The position numbers and the translations under genes were made by a program. A model generated the notes under the pieces. The model did no database searches. It had not been told where the DNA came from and saw only the letters and a program-made list of their open reading frames with translations. Positions 52,056 through 64,000 of a stretch of 64,000 nt of DNA are shown one piece after another. The stretch comes from Phoronis australis (taxonomy: Eukaryota; Animalia; Phoronida), in the NCBI GenBank assembly GCA_002633005.1, contig NMRA01000046.1, forward strand, positions 1,247,461 to 1,311,460, written 5' to 3'. Position 1 is the first letter of the stretch. Each line of letters opens with the position of its first letter.

Positions 52056-53250
52056 TTAAGATATCTATACATCAAGTTTTGATTGAGTTTGGCGGCGGCA
52101 ACACATGTGTTAGTGCGGAATTCTATTAAGGCGGAAAACGTTTCTGCTATCACGCAGGGCTCAAAACGTTTGTGTACAGGAATGAGAATGAAAACCTGCG
52201 TATTGGACAGTCGTTCATTAGAGTGACACAATACCTGACAAAATATGATATGTGTTTTTTCAAGTTCGCATAGGAATGTTGTATCCCACAGCAATGACAT
52301 TTTCCCTAGACAACTGAAAGCGTTGAAAATTTGCTTAAAGCATTTTTTGACTTTGCATGATTTAACAAGACTTCGTCCTTTTCGTAAATAATTAATGACT
52401 GTAAGAGCAAAAGATACTTGGCGACCTATTAGTGTGCTACTTGACTTCTTCCTCCGTGGTTGAAGTAACATATGCATATATAAACTGTAGTAGCAGAGTT
52501 TCTAGGTACATGTATAATACGTCGACCATCATACCAGTAGAAAGCATTACACTGCGTCACAGTAAAAACGTCGTTAGCACTCCGTGCGGAGTTGCTCCCA
52601 CTTTCGGCATCACATGTCCGCTGGTTTTTGCAACTTCAGATTTTTGCGTATTTTGTGTGTTTTAAATCAGTCTGTTAATTTACTTTATACTAGCATATAC
52701 AAATCTTTCAATGTAACAATTTCTACAGACTTCTATCAGGTGTTTAGGTGCATAAGTTTTAACCTAGTTTAATGAGATAAACATGTATCCCGCTTAATCC
52801 AGAGAGGCTACTTGAACGAAATTGTGTCTATGTTGTTGTTGCGGTTGCATCAATGAAATTTGAAGACCGGAGTCTGGGTTATTTCTCTTTGTTGGGACTC
52901 CTGTTTTCAATGATAAGGTTAGTGTAAGAGACGCACAATGCCTTCAAACAACGAAATATGATTGCATCACGGAAGTGCTGTTTTGTGATGCCGATTACAC
53001 CATACGTTAACACGAGAGGGAAGAGCGATTGATTTGCAGTAGAAACATTTTTGCAACTACCGCCGAAAGCTCAGTTGCCAAAAGGAGCGATGTGCGATTC
53101 TTGGGGATCCCAAAGCCGCTGTTATTTGATATCTCTGGAGTGGTACTCCTCTGTCGCTTTGCATGCATAGCGGTAGTGACAGTAGACTTCGACCTGTGCT
53201 TTGCCACAGTAATACATAATGTATTTGAATCTTACATATAACCTGTGCAG

Positions 53251-53391
53251 ATAAATCAGACGCTCCGTGCAACCCAAGTGTCAAGGGAAGCAAATGCGAA
53301 CACTCAGATCAGATATGCGACAGTGCAAAGGAATTTAGGTGTGTTTGTCGGGACAGCGAGAATCTGGTCATGCAATCTGGAGTGTGCAAAG
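53251..53391 (+). CDS. VWA gene exon 4, 6-Cys EB/EGF-like module
   Basis: tgcAG...GTAAGA, 141 bp, phase 1-1. KSDAPCNPSVKGSKCEHSDQICDSAKEFRCVCRDSENLVMQSGVCK. Confidence 0.85.
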
Positions 53392-54531
53392 GTAAGACTT
53401 AACGTCTCCCTTATTTGGCACCTGCGGTTCTTAACCTTTCAATGTTGTTGCCGTAACTCGAGTCCAGTCCGGTGTCCCGTTTTTATGAAGCATGCAAGAG
53501 TCGGCAAGGCGGAAATCTGTATTGCACATAGACAACCCTCTACACACCGGAGTTGGCGAGACTGACGAACTCTGCTTAGAAAACTTTGATTTCGAGATAA
53601 AAGGTGTTAAAGTGGATTACAACGTGAAATTGCATTAATCAAAGTGGCTCTTTGCCTCTTAAGCAGAAGTCAAGCTGTTCATCAGGTAATTTTAAGGTTT
53701 GTATGTAAATATGAATTTCTGTTGATGTCAAACATTTTCCCTTTATTTTCAAATTCCAAAAGACGATGTGTCAACTGCTCGTCACTTCGACGATTTTTCT
53801 CCCGCATAGCAAAGGCAAAGCACAAATGATTATTCGATATGACGAGACACAGAAGAAGAACATTTCCCCTGTATGGAAAATGTGTGAATTTTGATATAAA
53901 CAAAACAGTGGCAACACGCTCATTCGAGACAACCAATATTCTTCACTTTCCCTACGATGTTATAATGTCTTATAATATCTATGTGTATGCGCGCGCGCGC
54001 GTGTGTGTACGTTTTTTGTGTAAAGTATATGTTAACGTCACACAGAAATGGATGATTTCGTGCCGAGTGAACACGATTTCAAGCACCAGACTTATTAGAG
54101 CACATGTGCGCATGCATTTTATTCTGGGCGAAAAATTTGAAATGAATTGTATTGTAAGGAGTTTTTACTTCGTCTGCGTTCCAAAAATAAAGAATTTGAC
54201 GATTTTTCAAAAAATGTTTGTAATATTCAAAGTGAATAATTCTTCGGGAAGCATCCCCAAGAACATGGAACTCTATCCCTGGAGTCCCAACTCTGATCTC
54301 GCAACTGTTGAAGTTGCGCCGCACATGCGTGACATTAGTTTGCATATGTTCTGGTGTGTGTTATATTTGCTATGGAATTTACTTTCATTTAAAGTTTTTG
54401 CAACTCCGCCGTTTTTCTACCGAATTGCGTAAGAGCCATGTCATTACAAAGCCCTTTGTCAGTTCTTGATAATTTTACCAGAAACAAGAGATGCAGTATT
54501 TAATTCATAAATGATCATTTCGCATACCTGA

Positions 54532-55002
54532 TGTCACGGCGTTACTTTAACCAGACAACTCAATAGAGACAAATTTAAAAGAAACAATATTTAATTGAAG
54601 CTTTCAACATTAACAAACGTTTACACACAAACACTAATATAGTATAACAACTAGGTCGATCACTCTCCATGTGGTACCCAAACTAATAGTACTGAGTCAG
54701 AGTACAGCTTATAGTTTAACAGAGTTCGTGTTCGGTCCACGTGTGGTCAGTTCCTTGCTTTCAGCATCCGACTTCGACGACCATCATCTTGCGGTGCACA
54801 GTTTGTCCGCTGAATGTTACAAGTATTCACTATCGGCACTATATTTTCACTGCGTCCAAATAGCTTCTACCCATGTCTAAACCGCGTTGCGGCTGGCTCT
54901 CGATTGCCACACCCAGGTCGAACATTTAAAGTCACCAACACAATAGTTCATTTACATATAAATGTCTCGGCAACAATCGCTGAACACGCCGTCGACGTGA
55001 CA
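54532..55002. mobile_element. Probable solo LTR
   Basis: TGTCACG...CGTGACA termini. It interrupts a repeat whose empty site is at about 48361-48385 (cgcatacctga|ct). No clean TSD. Confidence 0.5.
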
Positions 55003-57126
55003 GACTATGTTCATAATTGTCTATATTTTACACCTGACTGGTTTAGAAAAGTTAGTTCTAAAAACCAAGAGTGTTACCAAAATGCGAAAAAGAACAGCGT
55101 GTTATAGTAATATATAGGAATGAAACCGAGACCGAGAGGTTACATAAATGATTAGTTAAGCTATTAGGGAACTAATTTCGATGCTTCAAAGGTTTTCTAC
55201 TCTATAAAGACAAGGGTGTTGGAAAACTGAACCACAGCTGATTTAGTCAGCCATCCATAAAAATATACATCTTTATACATTAATCAAATGGAAATCTGAT
55301 GCCGTTTAATACACTTACATTATTCAGTAAACATTCAGAATGCTTTGACACGAAAAATGCAATAAACAATTCAAATATCAATCGGAAATCCCAGATAAAG
55401 GTTTTCTGATAGAAAAAATATGGGTAAACATCAGTCGGTACTTTTGAAATGCATTGTGGGTAGCTCATCACATTGGTCGGATTGTGAGACTTTTGATAAA
55501 AGTTTAGAAATAAAGTGTTTTCTTCAGAAAGTAAAATTTAGTGGTTCTGATACATTTAGTGTATATTATCATGTACAAGAGACGTTGGAACCCATGTTAC
55601 GACTGTAATGTTACACTAATAGAGACAACGTTATTTTGAATACATGTTGCATAGTCGTCACGGTACACTTTCAACGACAAAAGAGCGGAAAAATGAATTG
55701 AAAAGCGAGACTTCAGGATAAAAATTGGAACGTCTGAATAAGACGTAACGGTGAAATATTCGCTGCAAAACACATATGTAACACGCGAAAATGCCCGAAA
55801 GTGTTTTTTGTTGTTCTTTATAGCTGAATGGGATATTACGGGTGGCTCAAAAACCCATGAACTGCTCTGTTTTTAGTCGAGCGGGAATATATGGCTACGT
55901 CACATGGGAAACACAATAGTATATGATAATATACCAGTTTGGCTGTGCGTCAAAAAGTCGGGCATTCTGATGACGTGACTGGGTGGCAGAATCAAATAAA
56001 AAAGTGGGACAGTGTACTGTGAACTATCAGCAACGCGACGTACTGGATTGGGTATAAGGTAAAGTTTTTGTTTTTTTAAATTTTATTTCACGGATATGGG
56101 TAAATACTACAGATAACAATAGGCCTACTAATCAGAATTTGTCATCTTAGCAACATGTTAACATTGCACAAATGAATTATTTTAGAAACTATTAAAAACA
56201 GTAATATTAACACACACACGCACGCACGCAAGCACACAAACACACACTAAGCTAAGCACTTATGAGTAATATTTCGAAAGTTACGTAAGAACACCTTTTT
56301 GAAGTCCTTTCAAACTTCAAAACGGTGTCCTTATGTTTAAGTTGTTCTTACGTTTAAAAGTTTAAAAACTTTTCATTTAGGGTAAACGAAACGTAACTTC
56401 TTTCCGTAACATACTGTGACACGATTTTAACACCCAGAAATGTCCTGTTGTAAACTCCTGGCATGTGGGGTTGTAGAAAGTTATTGTACGATTCGAGCTG
56501 AAAAGATATCGGTGGGTCGGTGGTTATAAAGGATTATATGCGTAATTGTAGGGTTTGTTGACTGACTTTGACGAGAAATTGCTGATTGTATATAACCTTA
56601 CTACAACAATCTTGTTTGCTGTACCATAACAAAAAATAAAATGAAAGGAATGGAATTAATCTCCACCAAAACTCAATTGAGCACGCAGCCGGAAACTCTC
56701 AATGCAAACTCTTGCGACTAGTCTCGGGGTCGCAAGCTCTATTACACAGATCACGTGACACAGGTAACACGGGTTACGCGCGGGAATTGGCTTTCCAGGG
56801 CTAGAATTCTGTGCCAAAAATTATATTAATCACGATCTGTTTAAAAGGAATCTTTACCAGGTTTTGCGTTCCACACCTCGTTAGCATAGATTACAATTAT
56901 TGAGCTGTTGGTGACCGAACTGAGAGTTCGTTTTTACTTACTCCATCTCGTTGGATGCTCACAAGCTTATAACGACAATAATATACAAGTATTTGCGTCA
57001 ACTTTCACATTGTGTTTTACAAATAAGTTATTTAGACGCAAAAGATGTGGATCATAATTTTTCCAGCAAAACTTAACTATTAATCTACGAAGGACATAAA
57101 GTGTAAATTCTTGTCTCGTTTAACAG

Positions 57127-57249
57127 CAAAGACGAGCGTCGCCTGCTCAGAAGGTGGTACGAAATGCAATTCAAATTCGGTGTGTGAGCTAAGTAAGAGA
57201 ACATGTCAATGTGTTAGAGGATACCAGCTGGTCAACAACGAATGTATAG
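57127..57249 (+). CDS. VWA gene exon 5, 6-Cys EB/EGF-like module
   Basis: aacAG...GTACGT, 123 bp, phase 1-1. KTSVACSEGGTKCNSNSVCELSKRTCQCVRGYQLVNNECI. Confidence 0.87.
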
Positions 57250-57365
57250 GTACGTAAGGTTAAACTACTCATCGTTGTAAAAAGGATTAAGTTGTTCCTT
57301 ACTCAGATGCTAAAGAATTTCAAGGTTGCGCTTTTCATTTTTTTGTTGAAACCATGTTCAACTTA

Positions 57366-57496
57366 AAAATGACAGTTAATCTGCGGATAAGGAGATCAAG
57401 CATTAACAAAATGACAGTCAGTCTGTGAATAAGGAGATCAAGCAATAACAAAAGGACAGTCAATCTCTGGATAAGGAGATCAAGCAATAACAAAAT
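57366..57496. repeat. Minisatellite, 3 x 42 bp
   Basis: aaaatgacagt(t/c)aatctg..gataaggagatcaagca(t/a)taac at 57366, 57408 and 57450. Confidence 0.92.
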
Positions 57497-59501
57497 GTCT
57501 GTTGCGTTTTGAAGCCCTGACATCATTTCCAATTTAATTGAGTAGAAGTTTGTGATCAGTTTGTAACAGTAAGAAGTATAAATGAAAGGTTGCCCTTTGA
57601 TGGAAGGCATGTTTATATCCACTGTAACTTAACGTTATGTAGGAGTGTTCGACGGTGTATTTAGCCGAATACCTATTGACGTATAAATTTCAAGTCAGTA
57701 AACAAAGTGCAAAAAAACATGAAATTCAATTCTGAATGTAATACCAACCTGTCGTGAATCAGGTTACAAAACCATGAGCTTTGATTAAAGTTTAGTAAAA
57801 AAGTAGGATACATTCACAGCAGAACAACGGTATCAATAACATGTACACATTTTGTTTCATATAAGACGTGTCTAAGATGAAATATCAAACAACGCTGATG
57901 CAGTTTTCGTAACTATCATTTCGTTCTCTTTTTCATAAAACGCATAGAAGTCGTATTTTTCGATTCTTTGATGCAAAAGTGGAACACTTGAAAAACAATT
58001 CCTAAAGTGTTTTGGAAACAATACCTAAATCATAGTACTTGAAAGTATCATTCGAATCTCTTCGGCCATTTCTGAGATATGACGTTCCAAATTTAGTGTT
58101 TTAAAACCTTCCTGCAATGAATATTTGCACTTTTTACGCTTGAGACATTGCATAATCATTTTGTAACATCAATCTAAATAAAGTAACGCTTATTTTTAGG
58201 AATATTTCAAAAATGTTGAATTTGAAAAAAAACAATGAATTTTTCCGCCACGTGATGTTCTCAGTGGAAGACGTTGATCAGTTGACAGCATGGCTACAAT
58301 GGCAGATAATGGTGATTCTGTAAACTACGGAGACTGAGAGGCGAGTTTCTCGAGTATTATGAAGAGAGATATTCAGATGGAGTGAACGCGACACTCAGGC
58401 CATAAATGAAACGGATAATGAGAATTCGCCATATCGGCAGAGTGAAGTCCTGATTTAAGAGCTGATATTTCTGAGTGATAGCTATAGCTTTACGTCTAAT
58501 CGCAATTTAAATTTTCTATCCACTTCAGTCTCGACTATTATGTACATGTAAATATCTCGAACTGTAAATATATAACCGAAGGTTTTACCCTGACTGTCAA
58601 AGCCCAGTCGTGAATAGATTCCATTTTGATTTCATTTCGGCGAATGCCGAGCGCGTTTGTTAGGAACGATCAAAATAATTATTGTGACATTGACTTTATT
58701 TTATCGCTGGAAAATGATGCTCATTCCTGTCTTGTCTATTCCAAAATTATGAAAGCTTCGTACAGTTGCGATTCGTCCAGTGTCCTACTCCAGCCTTTGT
58801 GCCGGCTGCAGTCGTGATTTCAAACTGTTCAACTTTTTATTCTTTTTTGTACTATAGGGTATTCACGTATATGTAAATAGCTTATATTACCACAAAATAT
58901 TTAACAAGATCAGACTGACGAGAACTTTCTCAAGTTGCTGGAATCACATTCGTGATCTCGGTAACAATTTGATGCTGAGGTTGATACTCAGTATGTGTCT
59001 GAAATCACGTTCCCAGCACACAATATCCTTCGAAGTACGATTCGCCAAATGGTCTGAGTGCAGCGTGGCCCTGAGCTGATCATTTGCTCCACCGTGTACT
59101 GCCATACTTGCAAGAACCTCTGTCATTTCTGGGCGATAAGAGGGTCTTTTAGAAGTAAAAACTATAAAATGTTTCTGTCTGATTGCTATTATTGCGTCCT
59201 TTTCATAATACTCGTCTCTGGCAGAGCACTTCGGCTTACGGCTGGTGTAGAACAACTTACTGGAAGAAATTAGACTTCCACTGAAAGCGTCACGCGAAAT
59301 TTATTTTTTAAAAAATTTTTGCGTTTATTTCCTGACTACAATTGCACAGGCTAGAGAAGAAATACTTAAAATATGTTTGGTAACAAAATTCAAATATGGT
59401 GGGAAGGGAATAATAGAGTGCGCAAACTTATGTCGTAATATCCGACATTTAACATTTTTATCTGTGTATTTTACCATTCTTTGAATTTATTTTCTTTTCA
59501 G

Positions 59502-59627
59502 CCTTCTCTGAAATAAAGTGTGGAGATGGGAAGGGCACGAACTGTGATCACTTACGATTCTCATATTGTCGGTACGGACAGTGTACATGTAGAAATCGAG
59601 ATCTGGTATATGCCGACGAATGCACAA
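59502..59627 (+). CDS. VWA gene exon 6, 6-Cys EB/EGF-like module
   Basis: tttcttttcAG...GTAAGA, 126 bp, phase 1-1. FSEIKCGDGKGTNCDHLRFSYCRYGQCTCRNRDLVYADECT. Confidence 0.87.
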
Positions 59628-60131
59628 GTAAGAATGCTGTCAAAAGTTGTTTCACATGCGAGTGACATAGATAGTCATCTTCTATATGTACATGTTTGCC
59701 TGAAGCTCGGGGCAATTCAAGTTTCTTGGCCAACAATGGTGCAGTGAGAGGCAGGACCGGATTCGTCGTCAAATCCCCCAAAATATGGAATAAAAATTAG
59801 CTTGGGAAGGTTCTCTTTGTTAATGAGGTGGGTAAATAAACTCAGTTTACTACACATTTTATCACGCTAAGTTTCGACCGGGAAAATATCGTCTGCTAAA
59901 GTAGGTTACCACTGGTAACTGAGTACAATGCTCAAGTCAAAGGATCCCCACGACACGATACCCGCATTCAAACTGGAGATCGGTGATTTACAAGTGAGAG
60001 AACACGAGATAAAAATTTCACTGAATTAAAATATCGTTTTTATGGAAGTTATGAATCTTATTTTTCATAGCGTATAAATATCGGTACAATGCCCTTTGCT
60101 GAACATGCGATTGATGCGCGTGCTCATTTAA

Positions 60132-61764
60132 AGGAGAATGCCACCCGTTTAATTAGTCTTTTTTACCGTCTGGTCTATATCCACATCGCCTCTTACACGG
60201 TCGACCTCACCTTGCCGAGAGGTGTCGCGTTCACCTGTGAGGAAGGTGAGAAACGACGCAGCGACGTCAGTGGTTCGTCTGGAGAGTGAATGTCGCTATA
60301 TTGCGGTGCATCGTTCCCGCTTGTCGGAAAGATGAAACTGCCAAGAAAGCGAGTATATCGTTTTTTTTTTGATTTTCTCGAGAGCCCGAAATGCTTAGAA
60401 AAGTGGCTCGCGGGATTGAAGAGTGAAAGATACGCTGTTAATAGCAAATGTGAGGCCGTGAAACATCTCCGTGACTGTGCCGGCATTTCGTCGTCAGTGA
60501 TTTCTCTGACGCATTCAGACTTCCCAAAGACTTATCCATACATTCCGTTGCCTGTGCATGTTCATGGCGCCTCTCTAGTATTTCTTGATCAGTGTATTCC
60601 GGTTCGAACTGATAGCATGTGAAACCTAACGATCCGACCCGTAAAGTCTTCGTCGGATGAGCTCTTTACTAAGTCGGGATTGGCGCCGGGCGACTGCGTT
60701 GCCATGTAGACGTTTATTATTCTGCGTTCTGCTTCAAAATAAATTATTCTCATCCAAACCAATGCTTATATAAAACTGAAACAAAATCTGTCTTATTAGA
60801 TACAAATTGTAATGCTTTTGCAGTATTCGTGAGTGCAAATGTTGAGAAGCCAGCAACGAATAAACCACTGCATTACCGGCTTTTGATGCCGGCTATGAAG
60901 GTAATTGACCGGGCACCGAGACCATGTAAGCGCTTGCTGACAGAAAGTTGTTCTGAAACAATTACTAGATTTTATTTGCTATGGTCACATGTTAGGGGAA
61001 TCTTTATTTAGAAATACAAATACATTATTCAAATCATTGTTACTGTACAACCTTTGCCCTGACGGTCTTTGGAAGGGGAACCCGAATTCGCGGCCCCCGA
61101 CAATAAGAAGATTTTCAGTTTCGTGGTTAAGTCACCAACATAATTACGTGCACATGCTTTGGCTCACTGTTAGTCTTTTCGTGACTGGAGGTTTAATTTT
61201 CAACTCAAGCTGGTTTTATATTTGTGCCAGTCCCGGCGGTCGCGACGGGCCTGATCGGATTCCGAGCCACTGGCCGGGATAACAAGCGTTTTGTGTGTTT
61301 AGAACTAAAAAATCACAAGTATGAACTACAGAGATCTAGGTTCTCCTGTCTGTATATCACGGAAGAATACTTCAAATTTATCTCCGAACAGACCCCAAAC
61401 TCCTGCTACAGACCTTGGTAAATTGGCATGGCTAACTTTGTACGTTACGGTGTGTCCAAATACATTGTACCAGTAAATCCGTAACAGCGAAGTAAAACAA
61501 TACGTTTTTATAAGAACTCGGTGTATTTTTAAGGGTTTTACATCTAAGTTTGATGATTTTTGGTGTTAAACGATGAATTCAAGCGATAAGCCGACACCAC
61601 TAACCCGTGCTGTGAACTGGTGAACAGTCTGCGTGTGAAACCAATTACGTCATCGGATATTTTTAACACCTCCGTCTGCCGTCAAGTGTCAGGTAACGCA
61701 ACCGAACGTGCCGTTATCGAGTAGAACTACTCTATCTAAATTGATACAAAATAGGTTGTTTTTT
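60132..61764 (+). mobile_element. Kolobok-like family A copy, right TIR lost
   Basis: TTAA|AGGAGAATGCCACCCG, colinear with 1055-3255. The empty site gctcatTTAAgtatt is seen at 35555-35570. ORF 60290 is THAP-like (YC..RKR..FF..P..LEKWL..LK..VKH). Confidence 0.8.
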
Positions 61765-62622
61765 CTAAGCAATTAAGAATACAAGATGAATGAATTGGTA
61801 AAAATTTCAGAAGAAAAATGCACCATTGATGCACCAAAATGACCTGAAATTTTAGAATTCAAATTCAATCGCATTTTCTAAACAGATATGTAGATTTTAA
61901 ATGTCTAGCTCAAAATCGTAGTTTGCACTCAATGTCATTTGACCCATGTTTCTGATTGATTGACCCTAGTGCTCAGTAAAGTGGGGTTTTTGATTGGCAT
62001 GTAGGTTACACCAGTGTGCTGAAAATGAAGAGAATTCCTTGAAAAATGTAATAGAATTAACATTTTGAGCATTAGATGACCTTTGCACTAATTGATCCTA
62101 TCCGGTGAATTATAAGCGTCTTTAGTAGAATTATTGAAAAGTGTGTTGAAGGCTGAGACTCACAAGTGTTGACACATCAGAATACTTGGATGGAAAAAAC
62201 CAGTAATAATGACGGGGATGTTCTTCACTGGGAACTTATTCTTCACATTAATAATGGACTGCCATTTGCGCATGTCTGCATTTCAGTAGTTTTGCTCGAC
62301 ATTTCATGTTGTCGAGTCGAGTGATACTACCTACCTCACAATTCATGACTGCTAACTTCGTTGTTAACGTTATAGCTTAAAAATTGCAGTTAAACCAGTG
62401 TGTAGCCACGTCTGGCTACAGGGATGAGTTGAAAATATATTGAACTGGAGAAGCCGTTTGCATAACACACTTTATTCGGTGCAGCATTGGCAAACGATAG
62501 AGTTACAAGCGATGAAAAAGTGTCCGAACAAGCGTCGAATGATAAACCAAAGAAGCGTTGAAAAAGTGAAAACGAAAAAGGCGTTGAAAAGTGAAACCTG
62601 TCATGCCGGTTATGGCATGTAA

Positions 62623-62759
62623 TGTTGTAATAAGAACACAATGATTGACTGACAAAGGCATACGATGTATATTATTGAAATTCCGGCAAGGGGTACATCA
62701 AAAGATGGATCGGGCAGTAAACCGTAAGTAGCTATAAAATGTGGAGCGATATCATCACA
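62623..62759 (-). mobile_element. Gypsy 3' LTR (137 bp) preceded by a polypurine tract
   Basis: Minus strand: PPT AAAAGGGGGA (62769-62760), then TGTGATG...ACAACA. Confidence 0.7.
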
Positions 62760-62908
62760 TCCCCCTTTTACCAAGAAAGGAAATCCTAAGACAATTACAA
62801 TCAAATAAGAAAAATGCGATGTATAAAACACTAGGCTAGTTCAGGTGGACTACTGAACAGCCACAGCATGGTAGGGGGGTTATTCTGCNTGAATAAATGC
62901 TCATAACA

Positions 62909-64000
62909 CTACAAGTCCATCTTTGGTGGTCGTTTCACAATCCTGCCACTACGAGTATGGTGTTGCGAGTAAGTGGGCAAGGTTGGGGTTTCGCGTACAG
63001 GTGGTTCTGCAAATGTCACGTGTTTGGTCTGAGCAGCCTTCGAAACATCTGGAGCCGTTGATACACTTGGTGTTATGGGGATGTCTCGTATGTGTTGACG
63101 GTTTCTTCGGAACACGTGTCCATTTACATTTCTTAGCAGGAAGGAACGAGGACCATCTGCCTGGGATACTACTATAGCTGGATCCCAGCTTCCAGACACG
63201 GGGTGTTGTACTCTAACTTTCTGACCAGGGTACAGAGGTGGTAATTCCTCTTTGAGTGAGTGTCGGTCAAAATATTTCTTCTGGTTCTCTTGTCGTTTCT
63301 GGAGAGCACCATATACTTGGTCCTTGTTTTGGTAATCATTTGCGATTTTCGTAGCAAGCGGAGACTGGATTCGTCTACCCATTAGTAGCTGTGCTGGACT
63401 TGGCAAGTCATTTGAGATTGGAGTGCAACGCCAATGCAACAATGCGATTTCAGGTGTGGTGCCAGACTGCTTGGCCTTCTTTACAGTCTTCACCTGGCGC
63501 TCGATGAAACCATTTCCCTGTGGTCTCCGAGGTGAGGTGGTCTCGTGGTTGAATCCCCACTCCATAGCAAATTCACGATAGGCAGCGCTGGAGAAGTGTG
63601 GCCCATTGTCACTTACAACTTTGGACGGTATACCGAGCTCCGCGAAGACTTGGCTTGTGATGTTTACAACAACGCTGCTTGGTGAAGGAGTAGGTAGCTG
63701 TCGTACTACAGGATACTTAGAGTAGTAGTCGACTATGATCAGCCACTGGGACTCGTGGAGCTCATACAGGTCGGTACCTACAACATCCCATGGCTTTGTT
63801 GGAATGTCATGTTGCAGTAGTGGCTCCGACATCTGGGATGGTTGATGGTGCTGGCATATGCTGCACGACTTGGTGAACCGGTCGATATCTTTGTTTATGT
63901 TTACCCAGTACACTGTGTCCTTTACGAGTAGTTTAGTTTTCTCCTGTCCCAGGTGGGCAGTGTGAAGTTGTTTCAGGATATCGTCTTGCAGGGTCTGAGG
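62909..64000 (-). CDS. Gypsy LTR-retrotransposon pol, integrase region (runs off the window)
   Basis: Open frame from the window edge: LHTAHLG..YWVNI..CSICQ (HHCC), VGTDLY, VSDNGPHF, GFIERQV (DDE), SPAQLLMGR, RRNRQHI, TRSGRIVKRP. Confidence 0.93.
   Translation of the reverse strand, partial: PQTLQDDILKQLHTAHLGQEKTKLLVKDTVYWVNINKDIDRFTKSCSICQHHQPSQMSEPLLQHDIPTKPWDVVGTDLYELHESQWLIIVDYYSKYPVVRQLPTPSPSSVVVNITSQVFAELGIPSKVVSDNGPHFSSAAYREFAMEWGFNHETTSPRRPQGNGFIERQVKTVKKAKQSGTTPEIALLHWRCTPISNDLPSPAQLLMGRRIQSPLATKIANDYQNKDQVYGALQKRQENQKKYFDRHSLKEELPPLYPGQKVRVQHPVSGSWDPAIVVSQADGPRSFLLRNVNGHVFRRNRQHIRDIPITPSVSTAPDVSKAAQTKHVTFAEPPVRETPTLPTYSQHHTRSGRIVKRPPKMDL

Noticed and set aside
53839-54432. 197-aa ORF
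   Set aside because: Low-complexity AT-rich intronic sequence with a microsatellite and no domain motif.
62391-62428. Terminal exon of the VWA gene (IKPVCSHVWLQG*)
   Set aside because: Phase-compatible, but the polypyrimidine tract is weak and there is no recognisable motif; cannot be supported.

Overview
Eukaryotic, AT-rich and transposon-dense DNA, by inference from a marine invertebrate (probably lophotrochozoan), with one assembly gap (N 26512-26868). Two spliced + strand host genes can be rebuilt by hand from GT-AG sites with matching phases. (1) The last four exons of a fibrinogen-related-domain (FReD) gene (253-20143) include a 16.9-kb intron, and its stop codon and AATAAA lie inside a 5x64-bp tandem repeat. 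(2) A secreted VWA-domain gene starts at 30084 and splices onto at least five symmetrical phase-1 six-cysteine EB/EGF-like exons (39556-59627) that the ORF track misses; no terminal exon was identified. The rest is nested mobile DNA: a PGBD3-like piggyBac, two Kolobok-like TTAA families with THAP remnants, an Ingi/I-group LINE, older LINE fragments, a Penelope-like insert with a hammerhead-like motif, Helentron-like elements (one with a CTCF-like motif array), palindromic Crypton-like elements (one with a tRNA-like segment), MITEs and the 3' end of a Gypsy element. All family assignments come from manual motif recognition; no searches were run.
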